Of a stretch of DNA of 64,000 bases, positions 1 through 14,261 are shown in pieces. Origin of the DNA: Eledone cirrhosa (taxonomy: Eukaryota); NCBI GenBank assembly GCA_964016885.1, contig OZ024745.1, positions 113,336,001-113,400,000 of the forward strand. Direction: 5' to 3'. The notes below the pieces were generated by a model. The model was not told the origin of the DNA. It saw only the letters and a program-made list of their open reading frames with translations, and searched no databases. Every line of letters begins with the position of its first letter. Position 1 is the stretch's first letter. The translations under genes were made by a program, and so were the position numbers.

Positions 1-36
1 AAATAATCAGTGTTGCATCATATACATATTTAATTG

Positions 37-126
37 CATATTACATATGTTTCACTGCCGATCAGCTAGAGGAACGATCGATTAATAATCGAACCTGACT
101 CTGGAATCGGAAGCTCCTCACATATG
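37..126 (-). ncRNA. Type I hammerhead ribozyme motif, C3 mutated to G
   Basis: Minus strand: CATAT-GTGAGGA-long stem II-GAAA-CATATG-TA-ATATG. Stem I is 5 bp perfect and stem III is palindromic. Confidence 0.6.
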
Positions 127-194
127 TGTTAACATGTAGACTCGTGTCTATATATGTATATATAATGAATGAATAAATAAATGGATCATTTAAT

Positions 195-268
195 TGATTT
201 ACACGCGTTTCATTCAAATACAGAAGGAGGTAGCATTTTATTCCTCGGTAATGAATTCTTCAGAAGTA
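195..268 (-). ncRNA. Type I hammerhead ribozyme motif, weak stem I
   Basis: Minus strand: CTGAAGA-ATTCA...TGAAT-GAAA-CGCGTG-TA-AATCA. Its 3' half recurs inverted at about 314-358. Confidence 0.55.
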
Positions 269-581
269 TAGAATAATACAAAAAAGCTGTCCAAATGTCT
301 CCTAACACGAAACAATGCTACTTCCTTCTGTATCAGAAAGATACGCGCGTGAATCAATAAAATAATGTATTAAACCTTGGTTATTTATTTAATCATTTTA
401 TATATGCCCTGTGGCATCATAAAACCACTAAAACTGTAAATTTACTAATTAGATTAAACTATGAACTGTCTTTTGCCAATCAACTGTGGATAATAAAATC
501 ACATTCGAGCTTTGAATATCTCTTTGCCTTATATATTTATATTATCCACTCATCTAATCTACTTTATACATATATGTAGGC

Positions 582-628
<47 letters not shown>

Positions 629-710
629 TATACAGTGGCGGACTGGGTCTTGAAATATTGGTTGCCAGGAGATGAAGGGGACCTACCTACATATAGAATG
701 CTGTACTATT

Positions 711-1675
<965 letters not shown>

Positions 1676-1702
1676 TTATATCTTTTAGACTCCAGATATA
1701 AG

Positions 1703-2920
1703 CTTATATCTGGAGTCTAAAAGACGACCGCATCCAATATAGGTTACACTGGGAGATCCTAGCCGAGGCTAGATCGTATAACAGAAATAAAGGACCATGC
1801 GATCTTTGCGCCGCTGAAGCCCTGGAAATACTCTACGGCAATGCCCACATCTTAAGCAGAAAATCTGAGATATTTTCGGCTTGTAAACACAAATTGCATA
1901 AAACTTTCCTGTATTACAGCCCTACATTATACCCTAACGGATAGTACGAACAATACGCGAATAACTTCCGTCTTGATGTGGTAGCAAAGTATATTTTATG
2001 TTTATACCATTACTTATTTGTATAGGTATGTATACCTTACCGGTATGTTTTGTGAAGGTACGTATACTTTCTCGTACGTATATATGTACGTATTCTATTT
2101 GTTATAGGTGTATTTATTATATTATATATACTGGTATATGTGTATATGGTTATATGTATATGTGTATTTTGTGTTTGTGTATGTGTATGCGTGTTTGCAC
2201 GTATGTAAGGTGCGTATACGTGTACATTGTGTTTTGGTAGACGTACATTTGGTCAACATATGTGTATTTACCTGTAGGTATGTGTGTGCGTGCGCTATAT
2301 ACTTATTTATGTGTGTATATTTGATTACGTCTATATAATTATATGTATTATATATTTTTTATGTGTATTTGGTGTATACGTTCGTATGTTTGCTGGCACA
2401 TGTGTCGCGCGGGTCTATGTATGTGTGGGCGTGTTTATGTGTACATGCATGCATGGAGGGTGTTTTCGCGTATGCACGTGCATGTACGTATATTTAATTA
2501 TTATTAATTTTAATAACCTCTGTCTTTTTCGTTCTACTAATTTATTTACATTATTCTTAACTCTGAAGCCGAGAATCATTCGGTTTCCTAAATAGAATAT
2601 TAGTCTACGACTTCATTTATACCATAAACGTGGTTTTGTCTTTGTGGGTCTCATCGATCCACATAACGACGTATTATCTTCGCTTTTTACCAGGGAACGT
2701 CTTCACGAACTAAAGTATCGTCTTACTGTTTTCCTTCGGTTGCAACGTTTTTCTAATTATTTACTTCTGCGTTCACAGATTGATTTTTTTTAGTTTCAGA
2801 AGATCCCGTTAAGAGTGAAAGCAGCAATTCTTTGTTTAAACTTTAATCTGTTATATTAATAAATATTTATATATATCGAGCCCTCTCTGGATTTCAGTCT
2901 TCACATTTATTATTATTACT
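1703..2920 (+). mobile_element. 5'-truncated Naiad-type Penelope-like element (family A): GIY-YIG C-terminus plus ~1 kb 3' region
   Basis: Translates as AYIWSLKD..QYRLHWEILAEARSY..NKGPCDLCAAEALEILY..ILS...ACKHKL. Matches the copies at 17.3 kb and 63.2 kb and ends in (TA)n. Confidence 0.85.
2792..2842 (+). ncRNA. Family A hammerhead motif with CAGAAGA (U4A) core
   Basis: AGTTT-CAGAAGA-TCCCGTTAAGAGT-GAAA-GCA..TGT-TT-AAACT. Stem I is AGTTT/AAACT. Confidence 0.65.
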
Positions 2921-2967
2921 ATATATATATATATATAGTTATATAATAAACAACATAAGATAACAAT

Positions 2968-3029
2968 TTCATTTACCAGTGGTTTCCTGAAGGCAGATAT
3001 TTATATCTGTCTTCAGTCGTCAGTATGAA
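2968..3029 (-). ncRNA. Type I hammerhead ribozyme motif
   Basis: Minus strand: TTCATA-CTGACGA-CTGAAGACAGATAT/ATATCTGCCTTCAG-GAAA-CCACTGG-TA-AATGAA. Core intact, long stem II. Confidence 0.75.
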
Positions 3030-3475
3030 TAAATACCATGGTGTTTTTATTAAATATGGATTTGAAAACAAACTTACAATGTAAAATCATGATACCTAGA
3101 ATTAAGTTTATTTTCCCTTTGAGTTGATGGTCAGTCGTACTGTCCACGCTAGGTGAGAGGTAGTATTATGACCTGTAAAAACTAACACTCTCCCACCCCC
3201 TCTGGCTTTCGACTGACTACCACAGTCGAGATGGGTAGCAGTAAACTATGGTACGGGCCATTGTGTCACTGAGAGGGTGAATTGACTAAGCGAATTTCGT
3301 TGAAATCTGCGGTAGCTAATGGTCAACTTCCTTCGGACATGCGCACGCGCAGACCGGTGGGGGTGAATTGGTACTCACAGGGGAACGGGTGATAAACCCA
3401 AAAGCACGCATTTCATCCGTTCCCATGTCGATTCAATTTGGATTGCCTCAGAAACAATACCTTATTATGTAACAA

Positions 3476-3549
3476 GCTGTCTGATGATGTCACAACACTC
3501 GCACACAGAACAGTGTGACCAGTGTCGCCATTGAAATATATATCACAGC
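3476..3549 (+). ncRNA. Type I hammerhead ribozyme motif
   Basis: GCTGT-CTGATGA-long imperfect stem II (ACACT..CACAC/GTGTG..AGTGT)-GAAA-TATATA-TC-ACAGC. Stem I is perfect. Confidence 0.75.
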
Positions 3550-3561
3550 AGTATTATTAAA

Positions 3562-3643
<82 letters not shown>

Positions 3644-3670
3644 TATACATATATATATATATATATATTA

Positions 3671-4329
3671 AAAATATGGGTGAGAAGAATACTGCTGGTT
3701 GCACATGGATAACATGTTATAAAATGAGTCCCTCATCAGTGATTTACCAAACGATCATGGGTATTTCATCGCATTATAAATCATATACCTCACGTTGGAG
3801 CGATAATAACTAAAATAAGTTATTAGGACAATAGAAACGCGTAAAGCGAGTGAGACAAGTAAACAACACAGGGGGAAGCTAACCGAAGATGGAAATAAAC
3901 ACAAGCAACATAGTTATTCTTTCAGCATAAGCTGTGTGAAAATATGCGCGAGTTAGAAACAGACCTTTCGCTAGTGAATTCGGTGTTAGAAAGAAGGAGA
4001 ACCGTTTTCACAGCGAACGCGAGGAAGAAAGAAGGGGAGAAACAGGGACTGAGTGAGTGGGAGTGCGAGGAAGAGGTCAGTGGAGAGAAAGTGTTAACTG
4101 ACATGGCAGAGGGGACGAAAGAAAGTAAGAGAAACAGAGAGAACGAGGGAGCAGTAAGAGAGAAAGAGAGAAACACAGAATTGCAGTTTGGGTAAATATA
4201 TGAAAAATATGGGTGAGAAGAATACTGCTGGTTGCACATGGATAACATGTTATAAAATGAGTCCCTCATCAGTGATTTACCAAACGATCATGGGTATTTC
4301 ATCGCTTTAAAAATCATATACCTCACGTT
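3671..4329 (-). mobile_element. Non-coding element with ~125-bp terminal direct repeats (pLTR/retrozyme-like partial tandem)
   Basis: 3671-3796 is repeated at 4203-4329, and each repeat has CTGATGAG on the minus strand. A second copy lies at 34935-35405. Confidence 0.6.
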
Positions 4330-4863
4330 ATACTGTAAGTTTTATAAATGCTAATACATTAAAACATAGGGTTTTTACGCCTCGAATATATCTGGCTATT
4401 TTTAAATTTTTTTTTCTCTCTCGCTATTTTATTTTCCTCTCTCTATATTTTTTCTCTCTATATATATATCTCCCTTACATTAATACTTGAGCTAAATAAA
4501 TAAATAAATAAATAAATGTATCATTGATACATTTACTCAAAATGACCTCCCACTACCTAATTTTCTATATATATATATGTATCTATCTCTATTTCCTCTC
4601 TCTCTATATATATATATCTCTTTCTGTTTCTTTACATGAAGTTCTTCGCTTTATCTATCTTTCCATCTCTCTATTTTGTTCCATGCATTTACTCTTTCTC
4701 TTCTTTTTCTTCCTTTTCTTCATTTTCTGTCTTTCTTTCTGTTTTCTCTCTTTCTTTCTCTCTGTGTAAAATTTTCTCACTGCCAGCTTAAACCTCTTCA
4801 AATGAAGTCGGTGTTATAACCGTATGTCGAATCTATTTATCTATAAAACTGTTTATATTGTAT

Positions 4864-4920
4864 TTTGTCTGATGAAGGCATAGCATATTGTTAATATGAT
4901 ATCCCCGAAATATATATAAT
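4864..4920 (+). ncRNA. Degenerate hammerhead motif in a short repeat (4790-5055)
   Basis: CTGATGA-A-GGCATAGCATATT/AATATGATATCCCC-GAAA-TATATA with poor stem I. The family recurs as an inverted plus direct pair at 6065-6370. Confidence 0.45.
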
Positions 4921-5057
4921 GAAATAAATATGGTTTTATAAATATAGTTTTCCATTTATTTAATATTGTAAATATACTCCAAATATTTGTCGAGTGCTTT
5001 TATATCAGTTATAAATATTTACTAGTTGTAACCCAACAATTTTAAATATAACTTTCC

Positions 5058-5198
<141 letters not shown>

Positions 5199-5470
5199 GC
5201 CCTTTGGCAAACGCCGAATTTCATTTTAGATTCATGTAAAGCAATTACAACAATATTTTTCTATATTTCTTATAATAATTTCCAAATTTCGAAGCGTTTG
5301 TCCTACCTATCTACCCAGCTACATACATAAGTATCTATTTATCAATGAATCTATCTATCTGACAGGTATTGGAATTTATGCTTTGTTGTTGGTATTGATG
5401 TTAATGTCCAAATATATATATATTGGTAACTATAAATAAGTAGACAGCTATAGATTGACAGCCAGCTAGA

Positions 5471-5535
<65 letters not shown>

Positions 5536-5634
5536 TGAGAGAGAGAGAGAGAGATAACGAGGTAGGTAGATAAACAATTATGTGGATAGATATGGTGGTA
5601 GGTAAATATATAGAAAGATTATATATGTATAGTT

Positions 5635-5770
5635 CAGATGTAGCTCTCGAAACGGCTGGAGGTCAGCCGTCAGGGTCCTGACTCTTTACCAATTACCCAC
5701 TCTACTAACCTAAGTGTCGAGTACTCTGGTGCGTTATGGTCCAACTGGTACCTTACCACACTTTCTTTGT
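5635..5770 (+). repeat. Short HHR-bearing repeat (family H), diverged sense copy
   Basis: CAGATGTAGCTCTC-GAAA-CGGCTG/CAGCCG-TC-AGGGTC. The following tail is the reverse complement of the copies at 6798, 7068 and 12368. Confidence 0.6.
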
Positions 5771-5779
5771 TATATATAT

Positions 5780-5815
<36 letters not shown>

Positions 5816-5855
5816 GACCATGATAATTTCACATTTAAAGGACTAACATTTATAT

Positions 5856-5899
<44 letters not shown>

Positions 5900-5931
5900 T
5901 CTCTCTCTCTCCCTCTCTCTCTCTCTCCCTC

Positions 5932-6055
<124 letters not shown>

Positions 6056-6399
6056 ATATATATATACGATATTAAATAAATGGAAACTATATTTATAAAA
6101 CCATATTTATTTCATTATACATATTTCAGGGATAGCAAATTAAAATATGGTAGGGTACGTCAAAATTATTTATAAAACTGTTTATATATTGTATTTTGTC
6201 TGATGAAGGCATACCATATTTTAATTTGTATAATGAAAAAAATATGGTTTTATAAATATAGTTTCCATTTATTTAATATCGTATATCTACTCCAAAAACT
6301 TGTCGAGTGCTTTATATCAGTTATAAAATATTTACTTATTGTATCCCAACAATTTTAAATAGAACTTTTGCATATATATATATATATATATATAAATAT

Positions 6400-6736
6400 A
6401 AATATGTATACGTACATACATATATGTGTACAGACGTACAGTAGTATGTATATATATACATACATGCGCACATATAAATATGTACGTATGGGTTTACCGA
6501 ATATTTATTATAATGTATGGCGTAATTCGGGCTGTTTGTTTACAAACAAACCGAACATTATAATAAATGTTCGGTAAACCCATACGTACACATATATATA
6601 TGTGTGCATGTATGTATATATATACATACTACTGTACGTCTGTACACATACATATATGTACGTATACATATTTACATTTAGGTATCAGCCGTACTAAGAG
6701 TGAGAAAGGAAATTTCGTTTTATTTTTTTCCACTTT

Positions 6737-6738
<2 letters not shown>
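6400..6738. repeat. Fold-back copy of a dispersed repeat
   Basis: 6400-6512 is inverted relative to 6560-6680. The same family occurs at 22585-22785 and 60315-60482. Confidence 0.75.
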
Positions 6739-7216
<478 letters not shown>

Positions 7217-7220
<4 letters not shown>

Positions 7221-8046
7221 CATTCATTTGATTTATTGATTTATTGATTTTTTATCTGAGTGTCCCGAATCTTCCAGATCGCAACTTTTCGATCGTACGG
7301 TTGATTATAGACTTGTTCTATGTGTGACGGTATTTTAACGATAGTTATAGCTCTGATTTATCTAAATTATGGAGCCCTCTGCCGCTCATATCGAATTTTG
7401 TTTATCGTGAACTCGTGCGCCGATTTTTCGATACTCGATTATTCTACTATATTTAGCTCTAGACCTAGCTATTGACCAGTTAATTTTATTGTTCATTTTT
7501 TGTCGATTCTATTAAATGATGAATAGCTCCTGTTTATTTTAACATGTCTATTGAGCACTCTTATTCGATATGTGTATTTCCACATTTTCCCGAATATTTT
7601 TCGCGGATATATAGGTTATCTCCCTTGCCGAATTCCATGCGCGTATTTAGCCTGGGTTATGCCTTTTCATTCGTTTGGACAAAGCTCGTTGAGGAAGTAA
7701 ATTTCCTGTCCGCTGGTATCTAGAAGTCTTATATATTTTTATGTGAGCTGATAGAGAACAGTTTAAGGATTTACAGAAACCCAAGAAGCTAGATTTAACA
7801 TCTTTCTAGCGGGTCCGGGTATGCTTTTTACATTCATTTGATTTATTGATTTTTTATCTGAGTGTCCCGAATCTTCCAGATCGCAACTTTTCGATCGTAC
7901 GGTTGATTATAGACTTGTTCTATGTGTGACGGTATTTTAACGATAGTTATATCTCTGATTTATCTAAATTATGGAGCCCTCTGCCGCTCATATCGAATTT
8001 TGTTTATCGTGAACTCGTGCGCCGATTTTTCGATACCCGATTATTC

Positions 8047-8052
<6 letters not shown>
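7217..8052 (-). mobile_element. Decayed PLE-like endonuclease/3' fragment with partial tandem duplication
   Basis: 7217-7452 is duplicated at 7826-8052. The minus strand has a KINWSIA-like remnant. The protein assignment is weak. Confidence 0.35.
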
Positions 8053-8145
<93 letters not shown>

Positions 8146-8672
8146 GAGAGAGATATACAAGGTTGGGTACATAGATAGATACATTTCTTTAAGGCCCGAG
8201 GAAAGACAGATATATAACATTTACGAGCTATAGACCACTACTGCTCGTGTACTGACCAGCTTTTTAACAATTTGAAAGAAAGAGAGTAGAAGAGGTATGT
8301 AAAATATCAAATTACCATTTCAATAACATAAATGACACAAAGTTGTTTTGAGATTTCTGGTGTCATTAGCCCTAGGGCCACCTCCCTACTCACCATCATC
8401 GGCACTGAGTTAGCTACCAGCAGGTGTGAGCCTCGTGAGATGGAATAGCTCTTCCAGTGCGACTCCTCACAATCCTCTGGGGAAACTCTTTTTCTATTCT
8501 ATATGTCGGGGCCTAGGGGCGGCCAGCACCTGAACACATTTGCTCATAATAGTGAGGGGGGGGGGGAGAGGGGGAGAGACGGAGGCAGTAACAGTGGGAA
8601 TTTGGTTCCTATGTGTTCGGACCTGGTGTATATACTTTTATTTATCACACCACATGTTACATACATATACAG

Positions 8673-8813
8673 ATCAGTGCAATTCTCTATACCCACTCTA
8701 CACCACGCCTTGGCAGTCGTGTTTTATGATAAAGATATATATATATATATATATATCTTTATCATAAAACACGACTGCCAAGGCGTGATGTAGAGTGGGT
8801 ATAGAGAATTGCA

Positions 8814-8818
<5 letters not shown>
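8673..8818. repeat. Near-perfect palindrome centred on (AT)n
   Basis: About 63-bp arms, ATCAGTGCAATTCTC...GATAAAG / CTTTATC...GAGAATTGCACTGAT, with one mismatch seen. Confidence 0.9.
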
Positions 8819-8875
<57 letters not shown>

Positions 8876-11333
8876 AGTGACTGTATATGTGTACACACAT
8901 ATACAAACATACATATTTACATTTCTTTTATATAAATCGATGTTTTCTTTACATTTCCATTAGGTAAATTACTTAAGGTTTAAAATTGTTTATTTCCGTC
9001 TATGAATATATCTATTTATTTACTGTGTAATGTTCTAACTGCTTTCTCTATTGCGTATTTAATGTTCAGGTCTTTATGAATGGTCACGTATATCTATCTA
9101 GTCATTTTCTGAAATTGTGCAGCAATTTGTCATTTTAAATGAGAAATGTATACATATTTTCAATGTTATCTAGAAAACAAAGAACTGGCACCTTTTGTTT
9201 CTGTGTTCTATACAAACTTTAGTAATAAATACACAAACAACTAGATTTTACTTTAATATGTAAACTTGTGGAATTTTACTGTTTTTCCCTTTTCTCTGGA
9301 GAAGTTATGCTGTTATATTTAGTGCTAGTGAATACGTCAGAACAAATTACTACGTATGTCTATGATTGAACTGTTTGTTATCCTGTTTTCGAATGATCCA
9401 CGAAAATAGAAGCAACTTCACTGTTTTAGTGTTTTAAAATAGATGTTTTGTTTATGTCTACTTGTTTATTGGAAAACAATTGAACAGTATAGATAATATT
9501 TTTGTCTCAATACAAATGTTTATATTTACTTTGGAACGTAGTAAAAATCAAAACTATCAAGGGAATTGGCAGTGTAGGTGAAGTAGAATAGAAATACTCC
9601 GTTATCAGATGCAACCCACTGAGGTATTACACACTTGTTCGAGTCGTGTCAATCAAAGTATAATGTTGTATAACTGTTTGGAGTTTACTATCACTGTATT
9701 TCTGTTATATATTTTATGGTGTTTGAAAACTCAGAACAGTAATTCGCTGCGCACGATATCAAATATTTTAAAATATCATACTATTAAAAATAAATACTTC
9801 ACCATTCTTACATCTCTTAAACACCACTGAGGTTTGGCAACACAATTCGAGGTTCCGTAAGTTCTAACTCGTCTATGATAATATCCATCTATTTCATTGT
9901 ATCAATGATTTTCTGAACATAATTGTTTCAATCTATACAAGAATATACTTATCTAATAACGTATTCACACAATAATGACCAATAATTATTAATAGTCAAT
10001 AAAGCTTAGCCTGTGGGAAACATTCAAGATACATACAACATCTCAGTATCATTTAATATTCTGCGTAGGATAGGATAAATGGAGGACCTGAGACGAATAG
10101 TTTAGAAATTACCCTGAAGGGGAGTCTGCTTCGTCTTTGATTTGATTCTAAATCTTCATCGAGTGATTAAAGATTAATAGTATCTTAAAATTCAGCTATC
10201 AGCATATCATGGTCATCATATATAAACATAAACTTATGTACAACTAAAAACACCCCGCTATGCCGACACACTCACTTGAGTGTATTTATAGAACTTATTT
10301 ATTTCGAGATGTTAATCTCTTGAGAACGGAGTCTTTGATGCGGTAATATCAGCAGAGTCATCGACCATTGCATAGTTTATAATTCTATTTTCAATAAGTT
10401 TTATTAAATGAACTTGCAAAAAGCAATTTGTTTTCTCTGCGTGTAATGAAGAAAGTAATAAAAAATAAGTCATGTGATACAGAGAGTTTGATTGTATGAA
10501 TGGGGTACGAAGCAAAAGTTTCAAATACATCAAATTTCCAGTTGTATTCTTATTAGTTTTGTTATTCCTCACAGTTATTTTATTTTATGCGCGTATAATT
10601 ATATACATTATTATATAACTTTATGCTGACCTTGTGCTTAAGTTAGAAACAATTACATATTATTTTATTTTATGTGTTTGTTACAATATATGAAAGATAA
10701 GTCTATAGATAAACTTCGAGCAAGCAAAGGTATGAATTAACCAATGGGAAATCACCAGGCCCGGATGGTGTACGAGGATATTGGACACGAATATAATGTC
10801 CCTCCACCCGATAATGGCAGCCACTTTGAAGTACCGCAGTGATTGACAATGTGTATTCGGGTTTGATTTCCGTTAGACTTATTTCATTTCATTTAATGGA
10901 AATTCCTAATGCCTTTAAAGATTATAATATGTATTAAGTAACATAAATATATGTTAAAAACCAAGCATATAACAATAACATATCCAAGTATAAAACACAA
11001 ATCACTTCCGATTGAAGATTGACAGAATAATAGAAAATGGAAAGGTAACTGAAAGAATTATAATTAATCGAACGAATGAAGACAATAATGGATGGGCCAA
11101 TAACAGATTGGATGACGTATTGGTTGAAAGACAGATCGACAAACATATTTAATGAAGGAATTCAAATTTCTTTTGAATTTTCTCTTTTATAGACGACTGT
11201 ATTATACAAGCGTAAAGTTTATTAGTTTAACCGAAAGCAATTTACCTAAAAGCAATGAAGAACAAGGAAACAAAGTCAAGAAGCTATTCTAACCACCACA
11301 CCCAAACAGACACCCAAACAGACACACATGCAT

Positions 11334-11436
<103 letters not shown>

Positions 11437-11457
11437 CACGCACACACGCACGCACAC

Positions 11458-11496
<39 letters not shown>

Positions 11497-11551
11497 CACA
11501 CGCACATACGCACACACACACGTATATATATATATAAATGATAATAATAAT

Positions 11552-11715
11552 GGTTTCTGATTTAGGCACAAGGCCAGCAATTTTGAGGGAAGGGAAAATC
11601 GTTTAAATCGACTCCAGTGTATTACTGGTACTTTATTTTATCGACCCCGTAATGATGAAAGGCAAAACTAACATTGGCGGAAGTTGAACTCAGTTCGTAA
11701 AGGGCCATAACACTA
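11552..11715 (-). mobile_element. SINE family A (tRNA-derived), partial
   Basis: Reverse complement of GAGTTCAA...CTTTCATC..GGGGTCGATAAAATAAAGTACCAG...GCTGGCCTTGTGCC. Confidence 0.85.
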
Positions 11716-12281
11716 TATATACTGAAATTCCTCTCTCTATATCAATTAACGCCAACACTCCCCCTCTTTATATCTACTACATGGAACTCTTCATATTCTC
11801 TGTATATCAATAAACATCAATCTCTACCCCTCTCTATATCTAACATACAACACACTCTCCCAACACTTCTCTCTATATCAATTACCACCAAACTCTCCCC
11901 CTCTCTATAACTATATCTATTTCATCCATCTGTGTCTATATAACATTTAGATAAATTGTATCACATCTGTCGGCGGCCCGTCAGAGGAGGGGGTCTCGCG
12001 AGGTTGTGTAGCTGTTTCAGCGGGTGTCACTGGCCATCGCCCGGGGGAATTCTTTTACAGTCTTGTCAGCGGGGCGCAGCATATCTGCCCTCTTGCCCTA
12101 CGCCCAAAGCTCAGTCACCCTCCCCTTCACGCCTCCCTCTATTTTGCGACACGAGAGCTCATTCCATCCCATCCCCCGCCCGTTATTTTTCATCTTGCCT
12201 TCCCTCTTTTTTTCTATATATCCCTATTCCTTCCTTCCTTTTATTTTCCCCTTTTAATTATTTTTTCATACTAATATATCA

Positions 12282-12347
<66 letters not shown>

Positions 12348-12367
12348 TTATATATATATATATATAT

Positions 12368-12518
12368 AACGAAGGAAATGTGGTAAGGAACCAGGTGGAC
12401 CATAACGCACCAAAGTACTCAATACTTAGGGTAGTAGAGTGGGTAATAGGAACCAGTAAGACCCCAGAATTAGCCGTCGAAACGGCTTGAGCTCAGCCGT
12501 CGGGGTCTTACTGGTTCC

Positions 12519-12520
<2 letters not shown>
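12368..12520. repeat. Family H composite: antisense tail joined to sense HHR half
   Basis: A 19-bp perfect inverted repeat, TAGGAACCAGTAAGACCCC/GGGGTCTTACTGGTTCCTA, encloses GAAA-CGGCT..AGCCG-TC. Confidence 0.75.
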
Positions 12521-12598
<78 letters not shown>

Positions 12599-12613
12599 TG
12601 TGTGATTGTGCCT

Positions 12614-12705
12614 CTGTGGGGGCACGTGATCTAGTGGTAAGGGTGTTGGACTTACGATCATAATTTCGTGGGTTCGATAGCTGGAGGCTTAACTCTGCGA
12701 TGGAC
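12614..12705 (+). mobile_element. SINE head, family C
   Basis: A box TGATCTAGTGG and B box GGTTCGATAG. Matches the head of the element at 40349-40598. Confidence 0.65.
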
Positions 12706-13385
12706 ATATATTTGTGTGTGTGTGTGTGTGTGTGGTAAAGTTATGTATATGTTTTATACACAGAATAAAATTAATGTAAACTGTCTAAATCTGTAAAGAA
12801 ATTACTCGCTGATTGTGTAGACATGTAAACACGGTAAATAATCTTTTGTATGTGTAACCCGATTATTGAGAAGTAAAGCATTCATGGAAATATTTCCTAG
12901 AAATATTAGTGGCAATAGGCAAACCATAGAACTACCTATTGAGTCATTGCTGGTAATATTTAAAATTTGTGTTAATTACATCTTTCAATAACGAAATTAT
13001 AGCTATGTGTTTATGTGACATTTAAAAATGTTGCAATGAAATCTTCTTTTGCAAGCTCGCTTGAATCTGAAACGATGTAAATAGTTTTATTAGTATTTGA
13101 GAAGAAGAAAACACCATTTCTCTGTATTATTGCCATAGTTACTTCTCTCGATAATACGAAATAAAGTGTGAGAGATAGAAAGCGAAGAAGAAAAGACAGG
13201 GAAAAAGATAGGTGAGTTATCGTAGGAAAGAAGACATATTGATTCGCACAGTGCAAGTAGCGGAGAACACGTGACAACTACATAAAAGAAAAAGATGTGG
13301 AATAAACATACACACATACACACATATTTATATGGCAACATCACGCTCTCACAATCTATCCCCTCTTTCTGTATATATCTTTCTG

Positions 13386-13489
<104 letters not shown>

Positions 13490-13889
13490 CGTGTGCGTGT
13501 ATGTGTGTGTGTGTATACATACTTATATAGTCAATACATACATACATATATATATATACATACATGGAAGCTGCCAACTCGTTTTCGAGTACGGCCACTA
13601 CTTTATATCCATGTAGGAGAACCCCTACTGATGCGCTGAACGAGTGTGACTTTTTAGTCCAGCCAGCATCTTGAAAACTCTGGTACAAACACTATACTTG
13701 TGACAATTACTGACATATAGTGCTGGGCCCATGGTACCATGTGACGACAAGTGCAGAGAGATCTCCAGATATAAAGCAATGCCTGTTCCGAGAAGCTTTT
13801 ATAGTGAGCAAAGGCACTGCACAAAGCCAGTCCCACTCTCTTAACCAAGATGATATTTACCAAAAAGAAGAACAAGTCAACATCATTGG

Positions 13890-14120
13890 ATACCATCAGG
13901 GTTGCAGGTGCTATATCAGAGTTTTCCTTCTCCTAGAATTCTGCCTTGACAAAGGCTAAGGGGTCATCTCTCTCGGTTATTTTGGATGGCCATTGACTCT
14001 TAAGAGCTCCTTTTCCCTTTGACAGATTTTGTTTTTAGTCCTGCAGGATGTCCAAAGTCACCCTCCTCACCAAGAAACCTTGGTGGGTTTGCCAGCTTAG
14101 TCGCCAACGACCCGACCATG
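13890..14120. mobile_element. Possible RTE-type LINE/SINE UTR relic
   Basis: GTTTTCCTTCTCCTAG...GCCTTGACAAAGGCT motif. Shares GGATGGCC(A/G)TTGACTCT with 52430-52720. Family assigned from recall only. Confidence 0.3.
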
Positions 14121-14122
14121 AG

Positions 14123-14185
<63 letters not shown>

Positions 14186-14205
14186 AGGGGAGAGAGAGAA
14201 AGAGA

Positions 14206-14261
<56 letters not shown>

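Noticed and set aside
3944-4195. 83-aa Glu/Arg-rich ORF
   Set aside because: It lies in the purine-rich interior of a repeat, and the frame is not preserved in the second copy at 35.2 kb.
11960-12050. GC-rich patch with CTGACGG and GAAACAGCT on the minus strand
   Set aside because: The pieces are in the wrong order and spacing for one hammerhead.
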